Assembly (NCBI GenBank): GCA_050633305.1
Contig: JBOEGF010000018.1
Coordinates: 448,001 to 512,000, forward strand
DNA length: 64,000 nt
Origin: Nannocystales bacterium
Lineage (GTDB): Bacteria; Myxococcota_A; Polyangia; Nannocystales; Nannocystaceae
Reading direction: 5' to 3'
Shown here: one piece after another, positions 57,321 through 64,000 of the stretch
How positions within the stretch are numbered: the stretch's first letter is position 1
How the letters are laid out: each line of letters opens with the position of its first letter
Translations under genes and position numbers: made by a program
The notes under the pieces: generated by a model
Seen by the model: only the letters and a program-made list of their open reading frames with translations
The model's database searches: none
What the model was told of the DNA's origin: nothing

Positions 57321-60236
57321 TCAGTCTCCCGGCGGATACCGGGACGAAGTCTCTGGGCCGTCGAGCATCGCGATCAACGCATGGATGACGTCGAGTTCGC
57401 TGTCTCCCGCGCCGGACGCTTGCATTGAGGCTAGGGCACGTTGGGCCCAGTCGAGTGCGTCGGCGTTTCGTCCCTGAGCCCGGTAGTCACGCGCCCTGGC
57501 TTGCTCGAGGATCGAACGCCACATCGGGTCCCCTTTCGTCTCCGGAAGGAAACGCTCGATCTCCGCTTGGGCTCGTTCGTGCTCCCCTGCGTTGGTGTAC
57601 ACGTCGGCGATCTCGAATGCGGCCTGGACCCGTGGAATACCCTCGGTCCCGTACCCAGCCTCGATGGCCGGGGCTGCGTGCTCGAGGACGTCGAGCGCCT
57701 CACGGTCGCGGTCGAGGTTCGCCAAGATCTGTGCCTGGAGGATGAGCCCGGCGGCCCGAATCTGGAGCGCTTGAACGTCCCCCGCGGGGTCGATCCTTGT
57801 CGCAATCTCGAGATCCGCAAGGGCGGCCTCGTGACGCTTCTGTGCCCAGTAGATCCGAGCGCGAGACACGTACACCCTCGATAGTAGGCTTTCGCCGCGT
57901 TCGCCGATGCTCTTGGCCAACTCGGCTGCACGCTCGTAGTCCGCCAGCGCCTCCGGGTATCGAAGGAGCAAGGCCAAACTGTCGCCGCGCCCGACGTAGC
58001 CGCCAAAGAGCGACTCCGCCATCTCGTCGGGGCGCTCCTGCAACGTTGCGATCGTTCGCCCATAGGTTTCCAGGGCTTGCTCATCCCGTCCTCGCCAAGA
58101 CTGGATGTTGGCCAGGATCTGCTGCAAACGAGCGACGTCGGGGTGGTGGGTTCCTCTCTGGCGGGCGAGCGACTCGACGGCATCTTCGGCGCGGGCTTCC
58201 GCCTGCTCGAGGTCACCAGTGCGCTGCAGCACCGCGGCGTACAGTTTGTAGATGAACGGGAGGACTGGGGCGTCGGACGCTTCGCCGATGGGGAGCGCCT
58301 CTTCGAGCAGTTCGCGCACGCGCTCGAACTGACCGCGTAACCAACGACTGTAGGCCTCCTCGAACAACAGCTCGGCGCGCATCTCGTCGGAGAGGGGACC
58401 CCAGGCGCGGGCTTGATGGGAGCGGTCGAGCAGCAACTCGAACGCGACGTCGGAGTCGGTGAGGGGGACCGCCTTTGCCGCCGAGATCCAGGCCAGCGCT
58501 TCGAGCCCAGCGTTGTCGCCGCGCGCCGCTTCTCCCAATGAGGCGACCAGGTGTCGCTTGAGCGCGTGATCGTCTCCGCGGGAGTCTGCGATGGACGACA
58601 GACGCAGATGAGCCTGTGCCCGAACTTCGGAGAGTTGCCCGGGGGTCGTCGCATCCAGAACAGACTGGAACGCGTCCTTTGCCTCCGACGTCTGTAGCCG
58701 CTCTTCTGCAAGGAGACCATCTCGGTATGTCGCCAGGATGGTCCGGCCGAAGTCCGTGTCGAACGTCTCCCTGTCGACGACCCGGCAGTCGCAGACGCCT
58801 TGGATGAAGTACGCGACCATCGGCAAGGCGTCGGCCTGCTCGGGTGTGAACGACGTGAGCTCTCCGAGCGTCCGTTTTGTCGTTTCCAGGGCGTCTTCGA
58901 GGCAACGCGTGCGGTGATCTCCGGCGAGCGCAATCTCGGGGTCTGGGTCTCGAGACGCCCGGCAGGCCTCGAGTGTCTGCGTGCTCCAATGATCTGCGAT
59001 GCCTTCGAGCTCGGCCGAGAAACGGTCGGCAAGCTCTCCTGGGTGGGGACGCCCCGACGCCTCGAGAAGGTCCGCGATGCGGTCGGCCTCGCCGTCCAGG
59101 GCGGCCTCGATACGGGAGCGCTCCTCGGTGCACGGGTCAGGTTGGCTCGCCCAAACGACCGTCGCGATCGCGGCCGCGCCTGCACTCGCCATTCCTGTCC
59201 CGAGTGCCCATCGACGGCGGTTTGCGCCGGCCCGCAGCGCGCGGGACATGGCCCGAGCGTCCTTGTATCGGTCCTCAGAGCGGGCCTGGAGACCGCGCAG
59301 CAGCACGTTCCGCACGTACTCCGGGACGTGCTTGGCTGAAGGCGAAGCGACCCGGCCGCCCTCGAGTGCTTCGACCAGCCCCGCCACCGAGCTCGCTTCG
59401 TAAGGCCGACAACCATAGAACGCGACGAAGAAGGTCGCGCACAGACCGAACTGATCGCTCAAGGCGTCCGCGTGACCCTTGAACTGCTCTACGGCCATGA
59501 ATGCGGGCGTCCCGACAACAGCTCCGGTGCTCGTGATGGATGTTGAGCTCTCGCCTTCGCGTTCGACCTCGCTCGAGGTCAGCAGCTCCGGAGCGGCCTC
59601 GAATGTTCGCGCGAGACCGAAGTCCGCGATTCGCAGTCGTCCGTCCACCCCGACCAACATGTTGGCCGGCTTCAGGTCTCGATGCACCAGGCCAAGGTCG
59701 TGCGCAGCCGCCAAACCTTCGAGCGCCTGCAATGCGAAGTCGATCAACGCCCGAGTCCTCTCGGGGGAGGACTCGGGATGGGCGGCACACCAGTCCGCCA
59801 GTGTTCCGCCCTCGACGTACTCCATGGCGACGTACATCTCGTCCCCTTCGTCGCTGACCTCGTGCACGGTCACGACGTTGGGGTGATTGAGTTTCGCCAG
59901 CGCCTTGGCTTCCCGCAGCATTCGCGCTCGTGCGTCCGCTCCCGAGAGGGTGACCACCTTGACGGCGACGCAGCGGTCGAGCTGCGGATCGTAGGCTTTG
60001 TAGACCACCCCCATGGCGCCCCGGCCGAGCGTCTCCAAGAGGTGATACCGGCCCATCCGTGTGACCTCGCTGGCCCCGAAGAGGCTCGATTGCAGCGAAC
60101 CCATGAGCATGCGGCCGTGAACGCTGAGCGCATTCCGGTCCGAACCCGGCTCGGTCTTCGGCGCCCCGATGTCTACGCCGTCCTCGGCCACTGAAGAAGA
60201 GTGGCAAGAACCCGACCTCTCAACAAGCCGGCTCAC
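57321..60236 (-). CDS. Ser/Thr protein kinase with TM and TPR region
   Basis: LGRGAMGVV, VAVK, HRDLKPAN, DFG, GTPAFMAVE; start uncertain within about 60100-60236. Confidence 0.93.
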   Translation of the reverse strand: MSRLVERSGSCHSSSVAEDGVDIGAPKTEPGSDRNALSVHGRMLMGSLQSSLFGASEVTRMGRYHLLETLGRGAMGVVYKAYDPQLDRCVAVKVVTLSGADARARMLREAKALAKLNHPNVVTVHEVSDEGDEMYVAMEYVEGGTLADWCAAHPESSPERTRALIDFALQALEGLAAAHDLGLVHRDLKPANMLVGVDGRLRIADFGLARTFEAAPELLTSSEVEREGESSTSITSTGAVVGTPAFMAVEQFKGHADALSDQFGLCATFFVAFYGCRPYEASSVAGLVEALEGGRVASPSAKHVPEYVRNVLLRGLQARSEDRYKDARAMSRALRAGANRRRWALGTGMASAGAAAIATVVWASQPDPCTEERSRIEAALDGEADRIADLLEASGRPHPGELADRFSAELEGIADHWSTQTLEACRASRDPDPEIALAGDHRTRCLEDALETTKRTLGELTSFTPEQADALPMVAYFIQGVCDCRVVDRETFDTDFGRTILATYRDGLLAEERLQTSEAKDAFQSVLDATTPGQLSEVRAQAHLRLSSIADSRGDDHALKRHLVASLGEAARGDNAGLEALAWISAAKAVPLTDSDVAFELLLDRSHQARAWGPLSDEMRAELLFEEAYSRWLRGQFERVRELLEEALPIGEASDAPVLPFIYKLYAAVLQRTGDLEQAEARAEDAVESLARQRGTHHPDVARLQQILANIQSWRGRDEQALETYGRTIATLQERPDEMAESLFGGYVGRGDSLALLLRYPEALADYERAAELAKSIGERGESLLSRVYVSRARIYWAQKRHEAALADLEIATRIDPAGDVQALQIRAAGLILQAQILANLDRDREALDVLEHAAPAIEAGYGTEGIPRVQAAFEIADVYTNAGEHERAQAEIERFLPETKGDPMWRSILEQARARDYRAQGRNADALDWAQRALASMQASGAGDSELDVIHALIAMLDGPETSSRYPPGD

Positions 60237-60402
60237 GTCTCGGCCTGGAGTCTACGCTCATCGCAGCGTGTAGAGCCCCGCGACAACCACGACCGTCGGG
60301 TGGGCTCGAGAGCTCGCCCGATTCGATCGCGGCCGAGCAACCCCAAACGCGAATGTGGAACGCGTGGGTCCGGGCGATGCGCGCCGGACCAAGTTTCGAG
60401 GG

Positions 60403-61518
60403 CTACCCGACTGGCGTGGTCACGGGGCCACCGGTTCCGTCGCAACCCCACTGCCAGTTGTCGAGGAAGACGAAGCTGTCCAGCACGGGGTCGGCCAGGT
60501 CGAACACGGCCAAAACCACGGTGATCTTTTCCCCGGGAGTGACCGGCGCGGTCGAGCTCAGCCACTTGGTGCCGGCGTGCTGCTTCATGCACGTGCCGCC
60601 AAACTCGGGAAGGGTCGCGGCGTCGTCGCGGAAGTCCAGGAACCCGGCGTTGAGCGAGATAGGGTCGCCATCCTCATCGAACGAGATGTTGCCGGTCCAG
60701 CTCTCCGACTCGAGCCAGCCCACGTACATATCGTTGTAGACGTCCTCGAAGTAGTCCGGGTACTCGGTCGAGAAGAACGCGAAGTCGTAGCTGATCGAGT
60801 TGTAGCCCTCGGGCACGTCGGCGATGACCCGTACTTCGGCGTAGTCAAATGCGGCTCCGCCCTGGTTGAACTGCCCCGAGATCGTGCTGGAGCAATCGCC
60901 GGTTCCGAGCAGAGTTTCGTCCGCCGTGCAGTCTCCTGCGACGTCCATGATCTGAATCGGTGCGGGAAGGATTGCGCCGGGGTCAGGGCTTCCGGGCATG
61001 TCGTCGTTGCAGTGGGTCGGGCCGCCGTTGCTGTCTCCGGGCGGGGTCTCGACGTCGAGTTCTGCAACCGCGCCGCTTCCGATGACGGCAAACGAGGAGC
61101 CTTCGCGTGGCGCCCATGTGTCCGTCGGGCCGAAGCCCGTTCGGACTCCGATCGAGCCCGGGTCTCCTTGGGTGGTGCCCGTGATCTGAATCTCGCCCTC
61201 GCAGCCGAGTCCGATTGCGGCGAAGACGTCCGTGGTCCCCGCATCGCAGGGGACATGCTCCATGGCCTCGCACTCGTTCGGGCAGTCTTGTCCTTCTTGG
61301 CAGTCCTGCGGTCCGCCGCTGCCGCCGTCGCCGACGTCGAGCTTGAGCTCGCCGGTTTCGCCGTCGTCATCCATGGGCTCGAGCGTGTCGGCCCCGGCAC
61401 CGCTCATCGAAGATGGGGTCGTCAGACCTCCACCGTCGTCTACAGCACCCGGGTCCTCGCGCTCTTCTGGCGCACAACCGACCAACAGTATGAGAATGCT
61501 CGCTCCGACCCGAGGCAT
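60403..61518 (-). CDS. Choice-of-anchor L-like lipoprotein
   Basis: LVGC lipobox; KLDVG; YDFAFFSTEYPDY...YND, NISFD, GTKWL, DSFVFLDN. Confidence 0.8.
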   Translation of the reverse strand: MPRVGASILILLVGCAPEEREDPGAVDDGGGLTTPSSMSGAGADTLEPMDDDGETGELKLDVGDGGSGGPQDCQEGQDCPNECEAMEHVPCDAGTTDVFAAIGLGCEGEIQITGTTQGDPGSIGVRTGFGPTDTWAPREGSSFAVIGSGAVAELDVETPPGDSNGGPTHCNDDMPGSPDPGAILPAPIQIMDVAGDCTADETLLGTGDCSSTISGQFNQGGAAFDYAEVRVIADVPEGYNSISYDFAFFSTEYPDYFEDVYNDMYVGWLESESWTGNISFDEDGDPISLNAGFLDFRDDAATLPEFGGTCMKQHAGTKWLSSTAPVTPGEKITVVLAVFDLADPVLDSFVFLDNWQWGCDGTGGPVTTPVG

Positions 61519-61722
61519 GGCCGGACCGTATCAGTCGAAGGCGAACCTTCCAACGACGCCAAAGCCCCCGAACACCCCGTTATGCGCTTCTCCCGAATTC
61601 CCGCCAAGTCGTCCCGATCTTTTGGTGAGCTAGGGTAAGGTTCCTTCAAGTGCTGTTGCAGGTCGTGGGAGCGTGCGACTCTCCGCGTCCGCTCGCGTCG
61701 CTCCGAACGACGCCCCGATCGC

Positions 61723-62598
61723 ATGACCAGCGAACCCGTTTCCACCCACGCCACCCTCTCCGACGCCGGACTCGACCTGACCGCTTTGGGAGAGCGCTTC
61801 TCCGCGTTCGCGTCGACGTTGCAGCGTCCGCTCGTCTTCTTTGATGTCGAGGCCACGGGCACCGATCCCCTCAGCGATCGCATCGTCGAGCTGTCGGTCT
61901 TGCGCGTCGGGCCCGAGGGCGTCGAGCCAATTCGGACTTGGCGTGTGAAGCCGGGCATCCGGATCCCACTCGAGGCCACCGAGATTCACGGCATCTCCAA
62001 CGAAGACGTCGAAGCGGCTCCGAGCTTCGACGTGATCTGTGACGAGGTGCTGGCGGCGATCGACGACGCCGACTTCGCAGGGTTCGCGATCGGGCGCTAC
62101 GACGTTCGCATCGTGCACGCCGAACTGGTTCGGGCCGGTAAGTCGATGGACCTCACGAACAGGCGGGTCATCGACGCGCAGGTCATCTTTCACCGGCGCG
62201 AGCCCCGGAACCTGACGGCAGCACTTCGTTTCTACCGAGACAAGGAGCTGGAGGGAGCGCATGGTGCGGCTGCCGACACCGTGGCGTCACTTGAAGTGTT
62301 TGCGGGCCAGCTGGAGCGCTACGACGACCTCTCACTCGACATCGAGGCGTTGCACGAACTCTCGTCGAGTCACAACGACGCGTACTGCGATCAAGGCCGC
62401 CGGTTTGCGTGGCGAGACAACGAGCCGGTCTTCAACTTCGGGCGTCTTCGCGGTCGCAGCTTGCGTTGGGTCGCCTCGGACCCCACCGAGCGCCGCTATC
62501 TACGGGTGGTCCTCGAGGGCCGCTTCGACGAAGACGCCAAGGCTATCGTGCGCGAGGCCATGCAGGGACGAATCCGTCAGCGCAAGCGCTCGTCGTGA
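61723..62598 (+). CDS. DEDDh 3'-5' exonuclease (DnaQ-like)
   Basis: FFDVEATG, IHGI, AHGAAAD, FNFGRLRG. Confidence 0.92.
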   Translation: MTSEPVSTHATLSDAGLDLTALGERFSAFASTLQRPLVFFDVEATGTDPLSDRIVELSVLRVGPEGVEPIRTWRVKPGIRIPLEATEIHGISNEDVEAAPSFDVICDEVLAAIDDADFAGFAIGRYDVRIVHAELVRAGKSMDLTNRRVIDAQVIFHRREPRNLTAALRFYRDKELEGAHGAAADTVASLEVFAGQLERYDDLSLDIEALHELSSSHNDAYCDQGRRFAWRDNEPVFNFGRLRGRSLRWVASDPTERRYLRVVLEGRFDEDAKAIVREAMQGRIRQRKRSS

Positions 62599-62661
62599 TC
62601 GCGTGAGACGTCACATCGCGGTGCGTCTACCCCTCCGAAGAGTTGGGGTAGTGTCCGCACC

Positions 62662-64000
62662 ATGAACGGTGTGCGGGTACGTCGAGCATTGGCATGGGCT
62701 TTCACCGGCTTGGCGCTGGTGGGGTGTCAGGATGCGAGCGGAGGTTCGTCCGACACGGACACCGGCGGTGCGAGCACGGAGGCGATGACCGATTCGCTGA
62801 CCTCGGGTGTGACCGAGCCGTCCAGTGGCACGACGATGTCGAGCTCGGGGACCACGGACGACACCGAGTCTGCCGACTCCGGTAGCGACGGAACGACGAC
62901 GGGGGACGAAGCCTGCGAGACGCCGCTCGAGTGCGCCGCCGCGGCAGAGGATGATGCCGGCTCCACCCTGGAGGAGATTCGGGGAGACGCGGCAGCCGTG
63001 GAAGAATTCCTCGTTGCGATGCCCTTGGGCGGCGACCTTCACCACCACCTCTCGGGTTCGGTCTACGCCGAGACCTACCTTGGGTGGGCTGCCGCGGACG
63101 GTGACTTCTGCATTGCGGAGAGCGGGTTGGCCCTCTCACTTTCCTGCGGCGACGGCAATGATGTCCCGATCCCGTCCGGGAAGCGCGACTTGTATCTCGA
63201 CGTCGTCCGGGCGTGGTCGATGCTCGACTTTGTGCCTTCGCCGAGCGAGAGCGGGGCAGACCACTTCTTCTCGACGTTCTCGAAGTTCGGCGCAATCTCG
63301 GGTTCGCAGCACGGTCGGATGCTTGCCGATGTCCGTCGTCGGGCCGCCGCCGAGAACCTTCTATACATCGAGCCGATGCTGACCTCGAACTCGACGGCGC
63401 GCAGCCTCGGCCAAGACGTGTGGGCCGGCTTGGGCGGAGGCTCGGTGACCACGGCCGACTACGCTTCGTTCCACGCAGCGTTGTTGGCCGATTCAGGATT
63501 CCCCGCTGCACGAGCGCGGCTGACCGACGACGCGGAGAACAGCGAGAACATCGCCAACGCCGAGCAAAACTGCGGTACCGCAGACGCTGCGCCGGGTTGT
63601 GCTGTTCGCACGCGGTACCAGGCGTATATCTCTCGTAGCGGAACGGACTCGGGTGTCTTTGCCCAGATGGTTGCGGCGTACGAAGCCGCCATCGTCGAGC
63701 CGCGCATCGTGGGTCTCAACCTCGTCGGTCCTGAAGACGGTTCGACGGCCATGAGCAACTACGATGACCAGATGGATATGCTCGGCTACCTCGGCGACTA
63801 CTACGCCGACAGCAGCCCGCTCCGCCTCTCGTTGCACGCTGGCGAGATCACTGCGGCGTCGGTACCCGATGGCTACCAGCTCGACGAGACGGACCACATC
63901 CGCAAGGCGGTTGAGATCGCGGGCACGCGCCGGGTCGGACACGGCGTCGACGTGAACTTCGAGAGCGACGCGGACGGCTTGTTCGACTTGCTGCGCGACC
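62662..64000 (+). CDS. Adenosine deaminase-family lipoprotein (3' end runs off window)
   Basis: Not in the ORF track. Manual translation from ATG 62662: LVGC lipobox, S/T linker, MPLGGDLHHHLSGSVYAE, GLNLVGPED, LSLHAGE, RRVGHGVD. Confidence 0.9.
   Translation, partial: MNGVRVRRALAWAFTGLALVGCQDASGGSSDTDTGGASTEAMTDSLTSGVTEPSSGTTMSSSGTTDDTESADSGSDGTTTGDEACETPLECAAAAEDDAGSTLEEIRGDAAAVEEFLVAMPLGGDLHHHLSGSVYAETYLGWAAADGDFCIAESGLALSLSCGDGNDVPIPSGKRDLYLDVVRAWSMLDFVPSPSESGADHFFSTFSKFGAISGSQHGRMLADVRRRAAAENLLYIEPMLTSNSTARSLGQDVWAGLGGGSVTTADYASFHAALLADSGFPAARARLTDDAENSENIANAEQNCGTADAAPGCAVRTRYQAYISRSGTDSGVFAQMVAAYEAAIVEPRIVGLNLVGPEDGSTAMSNYDDQMDMLGYLGDYYADSSPLRLSLHAGEITAASVPDGYQLDETDHIRKAVEIAGTRRVGHGVDVNFESDADGLFDLLRD

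Noticed and set aside
57321..60236. TPR Ser/Thr kinase as a novel system
   Set aside because: Standard member of a greatly expanded myxobacterial family, with intact catalytic motifs.

Overview
GC-rich, gene-dense bacterial chromosomal window. The gene content points to Myxococcota, probably a Nannocystaceae-like lineage (inference): many lipoproteins with Ser/Thr/Gly/Asp linkers, Cys-rich CGDG/CGNG repeats, a TPR Ser/Thr kinase, an FHA-PilZ protein and a choice-of-anchor L protein. About 50 CDS are supported. They include housekeeping genes (hslR-like, hemE, prmC, trmK, ppa-like, DEDDh exonuclease), an ALDH/GS-like/Fe-ADH amine-catabolism cluster, a YtrA-type GntR-ABC operon with its operator, a two-permease RND system split across 27 kb, an lpoB/COG3014 cluster, a di-haem peroxidase and a lipoprotein adenosine deaminase. 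I saw no tRNA, rRNA, CRISPR array or mobile element. Best candidates for undescribed biology: (1) an ECF sigma factor coupled to a membrane anti-sigma-like protein whose outer domain is a beta-lactamase/PBP-fold pseudoenzyme with all three catalytic motifs replaced; (2) a lipoprotein / GHKL ATPase / degenerate GHKL-like partner / patatin operon; (3) a GGA-rich hairpin and repeat tract at 19.4-19.6 kb. All family calls are by-eye motif recognition; no searches were run. Many start codons were moved downstream of the ORF track starts.
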